Source: Caulobacteraceae bacterium (GTDB taxonomy: Bacteria; Pseudomonadota; Alphaproteobacteria; Caulobacterales; Caulobacteraceae). Taken from it: DNA of 64,000 bases. Below are positions 1-10,834 of this stretch, one piece after another; the first letter of the stretch is position 1; each line of letters starts with the position of its first letter. The DNA is taken from positions 8,429 to 72,428 of the forward strand of contig JANWHQ010000159.1 of NCBI GenBank assembly GCA_025450315.1, read 5' to 3'. The notes beneath the pieces are model-generated. The model searched no databases. It was not told the origin of the DNA and saw nothing but the letters and a program-made list of their open reading frames with translations. The position numbers were made by a program, and so were the translations under genes.

Positions 1-254
1 CGCCCCAGCCCCTGTCGCCGCAGCTCCGGATCGGCCGCCAGATAGTAGACCCAGCCCCGATGCCCGTCGGTCCCCACCATGGCCGAGGCGACGATCCGGC
101 CGTGGAGCCGGCCCGCCAGGACTTCGGAGGCGGGGCCCGATCGCGCCAGGGCGATGTCGTCGCGCGGATCGTTCCAGGGACGGGTGAGGCTGCAGCGCTC
201 CCAGAGGGCCACGACCTCCTCGATCTCGCCATCCTCCAGAGGACCGATCCGCAC
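1..254 (-). CDS. GNAT family N-acetyltransferase, YpeA-like (partial; C-terminus outside window)
   Basis: Open-ended minus-strand frame, absent from the ORF track. My translation from GTG at 254 (or 257) reads V(V)RIGPLEDGEIEEVVALWERCSLTRPWNDPRDDIALARSG...DGHRGWVYYLAADPELRRQGLG. It is collinear with E. coli YpeA (..[40 protein letters not shown]). Confidence 0.6.
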   Translation of the reverse strand, partial: MRIGPLEDGEIEEVVALWERCSLTRPWNDPRDDIALARSGPASEVLAGRLHGRIVASAMVGTDGHRGWVYYLAADPELRRQGLG

Positions 255-265
255 CACGGTTCCCG

Positions 266-1009
266 CTACTTCAGGACGCCGTCGAACAGCGAGACCAGTT
301 CGCGCCAGTGCCGCTCGGCGGCCGGCTCGTCGTAAACGGACAGGTCCGGCATGGTGTAGCCGTGCTTGGCGCCGGCGTAGATCTCGACCGTGCTCTCGAC
401 GCCGGCGTCGTCCAGCGCCTGTTTCAGCCGGTCCTTCTGCTCGGGCGGGAAGCCCGCGTCCTGGTCGGCGCCGCCGACATAGACCTTGGCCTTGATCCTC
501 GGCGCCAGCAGGTGAGGGCTGTTCGGGTCGTCGGTGGCGAGGTGGCCCGGATGGAAGCCCGCCGCCGCGGCGATGCGGCCCGGGAACTCGGCCGCCGCGA
601 TCATGGAGACCCGACCGCCCATGCAATAGCCAGTGACGCCGACCTTGGAGCCCTTCACGTCGGGCTGCCCGGAGAGGAAATCGAGGAAGGCGCCGGTGTC
701 GGTCCTGACCGCCTCGGCGCTGACGCACCTGCCCATCTTGGCGAAGATGGCGGCGCGGGCGGCCTCGTCGGCGAACAGCTTGGCGGGGTCCATCGGCTCG
801 TAGGGGCCGTCGCGGTAGAACAGGTCGGGCAGCAGGGTGAAATAGCCATGCCCGGCCAGCCGTTCGCCGAAGTCGAACAGGGCTGGGCGGATCGCCGGGG
901 CGTCCATGTAGATGATCGCGGCGGGCCAGGGGCCCTGGCCCGGGGGGCGGAACACCCAGGCCCGACAGTGGCCATCCCGTGTCTTGATCGAGACCTGTTC
1001 GCGGCTCAT
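266..1009 (-). CDS. dienelactone hydrolase family protein (carboxymethylenebutenolidase-like)
   Basis: 247-aa ORF with the nucleophile elbow GYCMGG (the Cys-type elbow typical of dienelactone hydrolases). The alpha/beta-fold layout carries a C-terminal His region (YAGAKHGY). Confidence 0.85.
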   Translation of the reverse strand: MSREQVSIKTRDGHCRAWVFRPPGQGPWPAAIIYMDAPAIRPALFDFGERLAGHGYFTLLPDLFYRDGPYEPMDPAKLFADEAARAAIFAKMGRCVSAEAVRTDTGAFLDFLSGQPDVKGSKVGVTGYCMGGRVSMIAAAEFPGRIAAAAGFHPGHLATDDPNSPHLLAPRIKAKVYVGGADQDAGFPPEQKDRLKQALDDAGVESTVEIYAGAKHGYTMPDLSVYDEPAAERHWRELVSLFDGVLK

Positions 1010-1037
1010 CGGACCTCTCTCCAGCGGCGAGTCTGGG

Positions 1038-2270
1038 CTATTCGGCGGCGAGCCGCTGACGGCCCGCGCGAGCGCGAGGCGGAAGCTTGGACGCCGCGGC
1101 GACGGCGTCCTTCAGCGCGGCCTCGGTCTCGATCAAAAGGTGCGGGCCGGCCTTTCGCACGTCGGTGCAGCCGGTCAGGGCCAGGGCGGTGGCCAGCTCG
1201 CCGCGCATGATGTCCAGCACATGGGTCACGCCGGCCTCTCCCCCGCCGCCGGCCAGGCCGAAAGCCCAGGCGCGTCCGAGGAAGCAGCCCTTGGCGCCCA
1301 GGGCCATGGCCTTCAGCACGTCCAGGCCCGAGCGCACCCCACCGTCCATGAACAGCGTCAGGTCGTCGCCCACCGCGTCGGCGATCGGGGGCAGGGCGGT
1401 GATCGAGGACTGGGCCCCGTCGAGCTGACGCCCGCCGTGGTTGGAGACGATCAGCCCGTCGAAGCCCGAGCGCACGGCCTGCTTGGCGTCCTCGACGTCC
1501 TGGACGCCCTTGAGGATGATCTTGCCCGGGTAGTTCTCGCGCAGCCAGTCGATGTGCGACCAGGTCAGGGCGTTGTCCATGCTGCCGCGCACCCAGGGCC
1601 AGAAGCCCTCCACGCCCTTGGCCTCGGGCACGGCGGGGGCGATGTTGCCGAAGATGTGCGGCCGGCCGTTCAGCCACACGTCCCACACCCAGGGCAGGTG
1701 GGTGATCCCGTCCCAGGCGCGGCGGAGCGGCAGATGCCAGCTGTTGTCGCCGGCCAGGCCGTTGCGGATGTCGCGATAGCGGGTTCCCGGCACAGGCAGG
1801 TCCACGGTGAAGGCCAGCACCGGGCTGCCGAGCTCGGCGGCGCGCTGCAGCAGCGCCTTCATGTAGCCGCGGTCCTTGATCATGTAGAGCTGGAACCAGG
1901 TCGCGCCGCCCGAGCCCCTGGCCACTTCCTCCAGGTCGCAGATCGACATGGTCGACAGGCACATGGGAACGCCGGCCTTGCGGGCCGCGCGGGCGGCCTG
2001 CACCTCGCCCCGGCGTGCGTACATGCCCGCCATGCCGATCGGCGAGAGCACCATGGGCATGGCCAGCTCCTGGCCCAGCAGCTCGGTCCTCATCGAGACC
2101 TGCGAGACGTCGATCAGCACCCGCTGGCGCAGGTGGATCTTCTGGAAGTCCTCGACGTTGGCCCGGAGGGTGGCCTCCGAATAGGCGCCGCCGTCGACGT
2201 AGTCGAACAGCACCTTGGGGATGCGCCGCCGGGCCAGCTCGCGATAGTCGGCGACATTTGCGGGGCGCAT
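1038..2270 (-). CDS. lldD: FMN-dependent alpha-hydroxy-acid dehydrogenase, L-lactate dehydrogenase type
   Basis: 410-aa ORF collinear with E. coli LldD: DYRELARRRIPKVLFDYVDGGAYSE, GMYARRGEVQAARAA, SNHGGRQLDG, GRAWAFGLA. Confidence 0.85.
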   Translation of the reverse strand: MRPANVADYRELARRRIPKVLFDYVDGGAYSEATLRANVEDFQKIHLRQRVLIDVSQVSMRTELLGQELAMPMVLSPIGMAGMYARRGEVQAARAARKAGVPMCLSTMSICDLEEVARGSGGATWFQLYMIKDRGYMKALLQRAAELGSPVLAFTVDLPVPGTRYRDIRNGLAGDNSWHLPLRRAWDGITHLPWVWDVWLNGRPHIFGNIAPAVPEAKGVEGFWPWVRGSMDNALTWSHIDWLRENYPGKIILKGVQDVEDAKQAVRSGFDGLIVSNHGGRQLDGAQSSITALPPIADAVGDDLTLFMDGGVRSGLDVLKAMALGAKGCFLGRAWAFGLAGGGGEAGVTHVLDIMRGELATALALTGCTDVRKAGPHLLIETEAALKDAVAAASKLPPRARAGRQRLAAE

Positions 2271-2345
2271 GCGGGCGGCCTCCTGGATCGGGTTCTTATC
2301 GGCCCTGGGCAGTCATAGCCGACGCGGGGAGGGGGCCGCTACGGC

Positions 2346-4274
2346 CTAGACGCCCGCCGCGGCCCTCACGGCCTGCAGGGTGGCGCGGGACATCACCGGC
2401 CGGCCGGCGCTGAGCACCGAGGAGACTCCCGGCTTGCGGGCGGTCACGGCCTTGGGCTCTTCCTCGAACAGGTCCGCCAGGTTCTCGGTCATGGCCCCGC
2501 CCAGCTGCTCGACGTCGACGATGGTCACCGCCCGCCGGTAGTAGCGGGTCACGTCGTGGCCGATGCCGATGGCCAGGAGCTCGACCGGCGAATGCTGCTC
2601 GATCTCGGCGATCACCGTGCGCAGGTGCCGCTCCAGATAGTGGCCGGAGTTCACCGAAAGGGTGGAATCGTCCACCGGCGCGCCGTCGGAGATCACCATC
2701 AGGATGTGGCGCTGTTCGGGACGGGCCATCAGCCGCTGGTGGGCCCAGACCAGGGCCTCGCCGTCGATGTTCTCCTTGAGCAGCCCCTCGCGCATCATCA
2801 GGCCGAGGTTCTTGCGCGCGCGCCGCCAGGGCTCGTCGGCCGCCTTGTAGACGATGTGCCTGAGGTCGTTCAGCCGCCCGGGCTGGCCCGGCTTGCCCTC
2901 TTTGATCCAGTCGTCGCGCGACATGCCGCCCTTCCAGGCGCGGGTGGTGAACCCCAGGATCTCGACCTTCACCGCGCAGCGCTCGAGCGTGCGGGCCAGG
3001 ATGTCGGCGCAGACCGCGGCCACCATGATCGGGCGTCCGCGCATGGAGCCGGAGTTGTCGAGCAGGAGGGTGACGACCGTGTCGCGGAACTCCATGTCCT
3101 TCTCTTCCATGAAAGACAGGGGCGCGGTGGGATCGACCACCACCCGGGTGAGGCGCGAGGTGTCGAGGATCCCTTCCTCCAGGTCGAAGGTCCAGGCGCG
3201 GTTCTGCTTGGCCATCAGCCGCCGCTGCAGCCGGTTGGCCAGGCGCGAGACCACGCTGGAGAGACTGGCCAGCTGCTGGTCCAGATAGGCCCTGAGACGC
3301 TCCAGCTCCTCCGGCTCGCAGAGATCGGCGGCGCCGACCACCTCGTCGTGGGCGGTGGTGAACACCTTGTAGGGGGGCTCGGGCAGGCCCGGGTCCTTGA
3401 CGTCGGGACGGGAGGTCTTGGCCGAGTCGCCGAGATCGGCGGCCTCGTCGGACTCCTCGCTCATCTCCATGTCGTCGACCTGCACCATCTCCGCGTCGGC
3501 GGAGTCGGTCTGCTGGTCGGACAGCTGCACCCTGTCGGGCGGAGCGGTCTCGCCGTCGCCCTGTTCGCCCTGCTGGCCGTCGCCTTCGCCACCCTCGGGC
3601 TCCTCCTCGCCTTCCTCGCCGTCGGACTCCTCCGCGTCGCTCGCGTCGGTCAGATCCAGATCGCGCAGGATCGAGCGGGCCACCCTGCCGAAGGCCGACT
3701 GGTCGTCGATGGCGCCCAGAAGCCGGTCCAGGTCGGCGCCGGCGCGGCCCTCGATGTCGGTGCGGAACTGGTCGACCAGGGCCTTGGCCCCGTCGGGCGG
3801 CGCCGCGCCGGTCAGCCGCTCGCGCACCAGCAGCGACAGCACGTCGGCCATGGGCGCGCGAGAACGGTCCATCACCCGGTTCAGGCCCTTGCGCTCGATC
3901 TCGCTTTCCAGCGCGGCGGCCAGGTTGGCGCGCACGCCGCCCAGCGCATTGGCGCCGATGGCGTCGGTGCGGGCCTGCTCCAGGGCCTCGAAGATGGCCG
4001 CGCTTTCCGCCGAATGGGGCCGGAGCCGGGCGTGGGCGCCCTCGTCGTGGTGGGCCAGGCGCAGGGCCATCTGGTCGGCCAGGCCGCGGATGCGGGCGGC
4101 CTCCTTCAGCGGCAGGTCGCGCGGCGGATGCGGCAGCACCGCCTTGTGGCCCTGCAGGCTCGGCCCCTCGGCCGAGAACACCACCTCCAGGTCGGGCAGT
4201 TCGGCCAGCGAACGCGCCGCGTGCGCCAGGGCGCGCTTGAAGGGTTCGGTCGGGGCTTCCGTCTTGGCGGCCAT
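2346..4274 (-). CDS. cobT: CobT-type cobaltochelatase subunit (acidic linker plus C-terminal VWA domain)
   Basis: 642-aa ORF with a CobT-like N-terminus, a long D/E-rich low-complexity linker, and a VWA/MIDAS motif ([13 protein letters not shown]). Confidence 0.85.
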   Translation of the reverse strand: MAAKTEAPTEPFKRALAHAARSLAELPDLEVVFSAEGPSLQGHKAVLPHPPRDLPLKEAARIRGLADQMALRLAHHDEGAHARLRPHSAESAAIFEALEQARTDAIGANALGGVRANLAAALESEIERKGLNRVMDRSRAPMADVLSLLVRERLTGAAPPDGAKALVDQFRTDIEGRAGADLDRLLGAIDDQSAFGRVARSILRDLDLTDASDAEESDGEEGEEEPEGGEGDGQQGEQGDGETAPPDRVQLSDQQTDSADAEMVQVDDMEMSEESDEAADLGDSAKTSRPDVKDPGLPEPPYKVFTTAHDEVVGAADLCEPEELERLRAYLDQQLASLSSVVSRLANRLQRRLMAKQNRAWTFDLEEGILDTSRLTRVVVDPTAPLSFMEEKDMEFRDTVVTLLLDNSGSMRGRPIMVAAVCADILARTLERCAVKVEILGFTTRAWKGGMSRDDWIKEGKPGQPGRLNDLRHIVYKAADEPWRRARKNLGLMMREGLLKENIDGEALVWAHQRLMARPEQRHILMVISDGAPVDDSTLSVNSGHYLERHLRTVIAEIEQHSPVELLAIGIGHDVTRYYRRAVTIVDVEQLGGAMTENLADLFEEEPKAVTARKPGVSSVLSAGRPVMSRATLQAVRAAAGV

Positions 4275-4420
4275 GAGGGAGGACTTAGCGGCCTGACGGG
4301 AGGTTGCAAGGGGCGGCTGGTTTCGAATGCGGCATGCGCGCGCTATGCGGACGGCTTCTCAGGTGATAGAGGCCCGCCGTCTGGCGGCAGGTCCCGCCGC
4401 TTCCCATCTCACCTGTCGTC

Positions 4421-5014
4421 ATGCTGCTGAACATCCTTCTGGTCATCCTGGTCCTCGACTGCGTCGCGCTCACCGCCGTGATCCTGATGCAGCGCTCCGA
4501 AGGGGGCGCGCTCGGCATGGGCGGCGGCCCGCAGGGCATGTTCACCGCCAGGGGCGCGGGCGATCTGCTCACCCGCATGACCTCGATCCTCACCACGGTG
4601 TTCTTCGTGCTCAGCCTGGGCATCACCCTCATGGCCGGGCACAGCCGCCAGAACGCCTCGCTGACCCAGCGGCTGAAGGTCAATCCGATCGACATCTCGG
4701 CCCTGGCCGCCTCGTCCGCCCCCGCCCCGGCGGCGTCCTCGGCCCCGGCCGCGCCGCCGCTGCCGGGCGCCATCCCGCCGTTGCCGAGCGCCGCGCCGCT
4801 GCCGACCGTGGCCAGCCAGGCCCCGCGCCCTGGCCCCGCTGCTCCGCCGCGGCTTCGCCCGCAGCTAAGGCCCAGCGCCCCGCCGCTGGCCGCCGCGCCG
4901 GGCGCCCTGAAGACCACCCTGCCGTCGATCGCCAAGCCCACGCCCCTGATCGTTCCGCCGCCGGCCACCGCCGCGCCGGCTGGGCCGGCCGGTCAGGCGC
5001 CGTCCGGACAGTAA
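4421..5014 (+). CDS. secG: preprotein translocase subunit SecG with a long Pro/Ala-rich C-terminal extension
   Basis: The N-terminal ~100 aa is SecG-like (MLLNILLVILVLDCVALTAVILMQRSEGGALGMGGG... plus a second TM segment TSILTTVFFVLSLGITL). About 90 aa of A/P-rich tail follow. Confidence 0.8.
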   Translation: MLLNILLVILVLDCVALTAVILMQRSEGGALGMGGGPQGMFTARGAGDLLTRMTSILTTVFFVLSLGITLMAGHSRQNASLTQRLKVNPIDISALAASSAPAPAASSAPAAPPLPGAIPPLPSAAPLPTVASQAPRPGPAAPPRLRPQLRPSAPPLAAAPGALKTTLPSIAKPTPLIVPPPATAAPAGPAGQAPSGQ

Positions 5015-5070
5015 CCGATCGAACGTCGCGCTTTCGGGGAGTTCACTTGGCCGAATCGGCGCTAATCTGA

Positions 5071-6768
<1,698 letters not shown>

Positions 6769-6863
6769 CTTGTTCCGAAAACCGGTTCCCACTTTTCGGA
6801 ACGCGCTCCAGCCTGCAGGCCCGAGCGTCGCCCGGCGGGGCCGGGCGACGGGGCGAGTGTCGG

Positions 6864-7151
6864 CTACTGGGGCGGCGCGCCCTCGGACTTTTCGACCTTT
6901 TCCGCCTTCTTGGCGGCGACCTTGGCCTTGTGACGCGCGACCTTGGCCTTCTTGTGGGCCACGTGCGCCTTCTTCTTGGCGTCCTTGGCCTCGTCCTTCG
7001 CGATCGCTTCGTCGGCCTTGACCGGGTTCTTGATCTCGCCGTCCTTCTTCATCTGGGCGGGCGTGGGGCCCGCGCTGGCGGCGAACGGAATGGCGGCGAC
7101 GGACGACAGGGCGACGGCCGCGGCGGCGGCCAGCAAGATCTTGTTGCGCAT
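6864..7151 (-). CDS. hypothetical exported Lys/Ala-rich small protein
   Basis: 95-aa ORF with a signal-peptide-like N-terminus (MRNKILLAAAAAVALSSVAAIPFAASA) followed by a K/A/E-rich tail. I recognise no family. Confidence 0.5.
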   Translation of the reverse strand: MRNKILLAAAAAVALSSVAAIPFAASAGPTPAQMKKDGEIKNPVKADEAIAKDEAKDAKKKAHVAHKKAKVARHKAKVAAKKAEKVEKSEGAPPQ

Positions 7152-7401
7152 TGGATCCTCCCGGGATTCTGCGCCAGTGAAACGCCAAGGCCGAGCTATC
7201 GTTCAGCGGCCGGACGAAACCCGTTCCTCGGGCGCGAGAAAATATTGCGGTATCATATTACCATAATCGAAAAGATGTGAGATTATAATGCGTTAGATGG
7301 GGGTGCGCCGCCGAGGTTGGCTTGACCCACGCGCCCGGCTCCTGTATGTCGCCCGCTCCTCGGAGAGGGCCTTCGCCTCTCCCCGTACCGGACACCGTTT
7401 C

Positions 7402-7878
7402 ATGCAAAGCAAGATCACGGCGTCGCTGAAGCCGGCGGACGTCGAGAAGAAGTGGATCGTGATCGACGCCGAGAACGCCGTGGTCGGCCGCCTCGCGTCC
7501 TTCATCGCCAACCGCCTGCGCGGCAAGCACCTGGCGACCTACACCCCGCACGTCGACTGCGGCGACTTCGTCGTCGTGATCAACGCCGGCAAGGTGAAGC
7601 TCACCGGCCGCAAGCTCGAGCAGAAGACCTACTATTGGCACACCGGCTATCCCGGCGGCATCAAGGAAACCACCGCCGGCAAGGTGCTGGGCGGCCGCTT
7701 CCCCGACCGGGTGCTGAAGAAGGCGGTCGAGCGGATGCTGCCCAAGGAGAGCCCGCTGGCGCGCCGCCAGCTCGGCCACCTCAAGATTTACAACGGGCCC
7801 GAGCATCCCCACGCCGCCCAGACCCCCGAAGCCATCGCGTTCGCCGAGCTGAACGCCAAGAACGTGCGGAGCGCCTGA
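7402..7878 (+). CDS. rplM: 50S ribosomal protein L13
   Basis: Internal ATG at 7402 of ORF 7297..7878 gives [33 protein letters not shown]..., a typical L13 N-terminus and length (158 aa). Confidence 0.95.
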   Translation: MQSKITASLKPADVEKKWIVIDAENAVVGRLASFIANRLRGKHLATYTPHVDCGDFVVVINAGKVKLTGRKLEQKTYYWHTGYPGGIKETTAGKVLGGRFPDRVLKKAVERMLPKESPLARRQLGHLKIYNGPEHPHAAQTPEAIAFAELNAKNVRSA

Positions 7879-7880
7879 GC

Positions 7881-8357
7881 ATGGCCAGCGACACCCACGG
7901 CCTGGAAGCCCTCCAGTCCATCGCCACGCCTGAGCCGCAGGCGGCCCCGGTCGAGCCCAAGCGCGACCAGTTCGGCCGCGCCTACGCCACCGGCAAGCGC
8001 AAGAACGCCGTCGCCCGCGTGTGGATCAAGCCCGGCAAGGGCAAGATCACCATCAACGACCGCGACCAGGAGATCTATTTCGCCCGCCCCGTGCTGCGCA
8101 TGATGATCGCCCAGCCGCTGCAGGTGGCCGGCCGGCTCGGCGAGTTCGACGTGGTGGTCACGGTGGTCGGCTCGGGCCTTTCGGGCCAGGCCGGCGCGGT
8201 CCGTCACGGCATCGCCAAGGCCCTGACCTACTATGAGCCCGGGCTGCGGGCGGTGCTGAAGCCGCACGGCTTCCTCACCCGCGACCCGCGGGTGGTCGAG
8301 CGCAAGAAGTACGGCAAGGCCAAGGCCCGACGCAGCTTCCAGTTCTCGAAGCGCTAG
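7881..8357 (+). CDS. rpsI: 30S ribosomal protein S9
   Basis: The ATG at 7881 lies 2 nt after the rplM stop. The C-terminus [25 protein letters not shown] is the canonical S9 end. Confidence 0.95.
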   Translation: MASDTHGLEALQSIATPEPQAAPVEPKRDQFGRAYATGKRKNAVARVWIKPGKGKITINDRDQEIYFARPVLRMMIAQPLQVAGRLGEFDVVVTVVGSGLSGQAGAVRHGIAKALTYYEPGLRAVLKPHGFLTRDPRVVERKKYGKAKARRSFQFSKR

Positions 8358-8382
8358 ACGCGACCTCGCACGCGCGTCTCGG

Positions 8383-8419
8383 AAGAGCGCTTCGGGAAAC
8401 CGGAGCGCTCTTTTTCTTT
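8383..8419 (+). terminator. Rho-independent terminator after rplM-rpsI
   Basis: AAGAGCGCTTCGG-GAAA-CCGGAGCGCTCTT forms a ~13-bp stem with a GAAA tetraloop. It is followed directly by TTTTTCTTT. Confidence 0.8.
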
Positions 8420-8443
8420 GGCTGGAAGCATGGAGGCCAGGAG

Positions 8444-9391
8444 ATGGCCGCGAAGATCTTCATCGACGGCGAGGCGGGCACCACGGGTCTGCAGATCCGC
8501 GAGCGGCTGGCGAGCCGCGGGGACCTGCAGCTGCTGGCCATCGATCCGGCGCGGCGCAAGGACGAGGACGCGCGGCGCGAGCTGCTGAACAGCGCCGATC
8601 TGGTGGTGCTCTGCCTGCCCGACGAGGCCGCCCGCCAGGCGGTGGCCCTGATCGAGAACAACTCGACCCGCGTGATCGACGCCTCGACCGCCCACCGCAC
8701 GGCGCCGGGCTGGGTCTACGGCTTCGCCGAGATGGCCGAGGGGCAGCGCGAGGCGATCGCGGGGGCGGCGCGGGTGAGCAATCCCGGCTGCTATCCCACC
8801 GGCATGATCGCCCTGGTGCGCCCGCTGGTGGAGGCCGACCTGATCCCGCCGGTCTGGCCGGTCACGGTCAACGCGATCTCCGGCTATTCCGGCGGCGGCA
8901 GGTCGATGATCGCCGAGTTCGAGGACCAGGCCTCGCCCGCCTTCAGCAAGGACGCGTTCCGGCTCTACGGACTGTCGCTGCGGCACAAGCACGTGCCGGA
9001 GATGCAGCTCCATGCGGGGCTGGAGAACCCGCCGCTCTTCGCGCCGGCCGTCGGCCGCTACTACAAGGGCATGATCGTCGAGGTCCCGCTGCAGCTCTGG
9101 TCCCTGCCGGCCCAGCCGACGCTGGAGGAGGTGCACGACGCGCTGGCGGCGGCCTATCCGGGGGGCGGCTTCGTCGAGGTCGCGTCGCTGGAGGACTGCC
9201 GGGCGCTGAAGGGCCTGGATCCGGAGGGGCTGAACGGCTCCAACCGGATGAAGCTCTACGTCTTCGGCAACGAGGACGAGGGCCAGGCCCGGCTGGTGGC
9301 GCTGCTCGACAACCTGGGCAAGGGGGCCTCGGGCGCGGCCGTGCAGAACCTCAACATCATGCTGGGGCTGGACGAGGGCCTCGGCCTATAA
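8444..9391 (+). CDS. argC: N-acetyl-gamma-glutamyl-phosphate reductase (short type)
   Basis: 315-aa ORF starting [22 protein letters not shown], with the catalytic-Cys region SNPGCYPTG. Confidence 0.9.
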   Translation: MAAKIFIDGEAGTTGLQIRERLASRGDLQLLAIDPARRKDEDARRELLNSADLVVLCLPDEAARQAVALIENNSTRVIDASTAHRTAPGWVYGFAEMAEGQREAIAGAARVSNPGCYPTGMIALVRPLVEADLIPPVWPVTVNAISGYSGGGRSMIAEFEDQASPAFSKDAFRLYGLSLRHKHVPEMQLHAGLENPPLFAPAVGRYYKGMIVEVPLQLWSLPAQPTLEEVHDALAAAYPGGGFVEVASLEDCRALKGLDPEGLNGSNRMKLYVFGNEDEGQARLVALLDNLGKGASGAAVQNLNIMLGLDEGLGL

Positions 9392-9416
9392 CGACTGCGA
9401 CGGAGGACAAGACCGC

Positions 9417-9857
9417 ATGCGCTATCTGCACACCATGGTCCGCGTGAAGGACCTCGACGCCGCGCTCGACTTCTACTGCGACAAGCTGGGGCTGGTGGAA
9501 GTGAACCGGATGGAGTCCGACAAGGGCCGTTTCACCCTGGTGTTCCTGGCCGCGCCGGAAGACGCCGAGGCCGCCAAGGCCAAGCAGGCCCCGTGCGTGG
9601 AGCTGACCTACAACTGGGACGCCGAGGACTACGGCGGCGGCCGCAACTTCGGGCACATGGCCTACCAGGTCGACGACATCTACGCCCTGTGCCAGCGGCT
9701 GCAGGACAAGGGCGTGACCATCAACCGCCCCCCGCGCGACGGCCACATGGCCTTCATCCGCTCGCCGGACGGCATCTCCATCGAGCTGCTGCAGAAGGGC
9801 GGCTCGCTGCCGCCGCAGGAGCCGTGGGCGTCGATGCAGAACACCGGCGCCTGGTAG
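9417..9857 (+). CDS. gloA: lactoylglutathione lyase (glyoxalase I, VOC family)
   Basis: 146-aa ORF starting [26 protein letters not shown], with ELTYNWD and [11 protein letters not shown] motifs. Confidence 0.85.
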   Translation: MRYLHTMVRVKDLDAALDFYCDKLGLVEVNRMESDKGRFTLVFLAAPEDAEAAKAKQAPCVELTYNWDAEDYGGGRNFGHMAYQVDDIYALCQRLQDKGVTINRPPRDGHMAFIRSPDGISIELLQKGGSLPPQEPWASMQNTGAW

Positions 9858-9867
9858 CCGGGCGGCC

Positions 9868-10278
9868 TTGAACGGCCTCATCCAGCGCCTGCCGGAGCCG
9901 GCGCGAGCCCTGGCCGACATCCGGGGCGGGGAGGCGGCCTGGCGCCGGGCCGACCTTCCGCTGGTTTCCAACGCCGCCCGAGCCGTGGGGCTGGCGACCA
10001 CCGGCGGCCAGGTGCAGCTGCGCCTGCCCAGCGCCATCCACGAGCTCTACTGGCAGGACTACGACCCCGGCGAGCGCAAGCCGGACGAGAGCTGGAGCGT
10101 CTACGCCGACCGCTCCTGGAAGGAACTGCTGTTCCTGGTGGGCACGCTGCCGGACGACGCCGCGATCATCGACGGCGTCCGCCGGCTGTGGCCCTGGTTC
10201 GGCCTTCCGGACGCCGAGGCCAGGGCGGCGATGTGGTTCGTGGTCTATCTGACGGCGGGGACCGAACGCGGCCGCTAG
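9868..10278 (+). CDS. hypothetical protein (TTG start)
   Basis: 136-aa ORF beginning 10 nt after gloA. Codon usage matches its neighbours. I assign no confident family (see finding). Confidence 0.4.
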   Translation: MNGLIQRLPEPARALADIRGGEAAWRRADLPLVSNAARAVGLATTGGQVQLRLPSAIHELYWQDYDPGERKPDESWSVYADRSWKELLFLVGTLPDDAAIIDGVRRLWPWFGLPDAEARAAMWFVVYLTAGTERGR

Positions 10279-10805
10279 ACCTCCTCGCAGGAACAGACCT
10301 TCGCGCCCCCGCCGGGAGAGATGAAGTCCGCCCAGATGGCGTTGTGGTGCTCGATGATCGTGCGGGCGTCCAGATGGGCACGGTCAGATGTGGTGTGACC
10401 GTCACGCGGCGCGATGGTCGCATAGCCCCGCGCCAGGGCCGATCTGACCGTGGTGTCCACGCAGAAGTCCGTCGCACATCCGGTGACGATCAACTCGCCC
10501 ACGGAAGCCGCCGCCAGGTCATCCTGCAGGCTGGTGTCCAGGAATGCGTCGCACGACCTCTTCCGGACCCGCAGATCGCCAGGTTCGACACGCAGGTCGG
10601 GGAGGATCTCGAAGCCCGGCTGACTGGGATGGTGGGCATCGCCCGGGGGTCCTTCGTGCTGCACGAAGACAACCAATCCACCGTCCTGGCGGACGCCGTC
10701 CGCAAGCTTGTTGAGGCGGGCGACGAGCCCCTCCGCATCGAAGCGGGGCGTGGCCTCGCTGAACGAGCCGCACTGCATATCGACGATGATCAGCGCTCGT
10801 CGCAT
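10275..10805 (-). CDS. isochorismatase-family cysteine hydrolase
   Basis: Internal ATG at 10805 of ORF 10275..11852 gives MRRALIIVDMQCGSF... with IVTGCATDFCV, the isochorismatase catalytic Cys motif (176 aa). The upstream part of the tracked ORF is antisense shadow of phaC. Confidence 0.8.
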   Translation of the reverse strand: MRRALIIVDMQCGSFSEATPRFDAEGLVARLNKLADGVRQDGGLVVFVQHEGPPGDAHHPSQPGFEILPDLRVEPGDLRVRKRSCDAFLDTSLQDDLAAASVGELIVTGCATDFCVDTTVRSALARGYATIAPRDGHTTSDRAHLDARTIIEHHNAIWADFISPGGGAKVCSCEEV

Positions 10806-10834
10806 GGCCCACGACCGTCGGCGGAGGCGCTCTC

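Noticed and set aside
2346-4274. cobT without an adjacent cobS or other cobalamin genes, considered as a sign of a non-canonical (MoxR/VWA-like) role.
   Set aside because: The flanking genes (lldD, secG) are visible, but the absence of cobS can only be judged genome-wide. Unlinked cobS/cobT may be normal for this lineage.
7322-7350. Possible promoter for rplM-rpsI (TTGACC, 17-nt spacer, TATGTC).
   Set aside because: The -35 is good but the -10 is poor and lacks the invariant final T. Alphaproteobacterial housekeeping promoters use a different -10 consensus, so I cannot support it from sequence alone.
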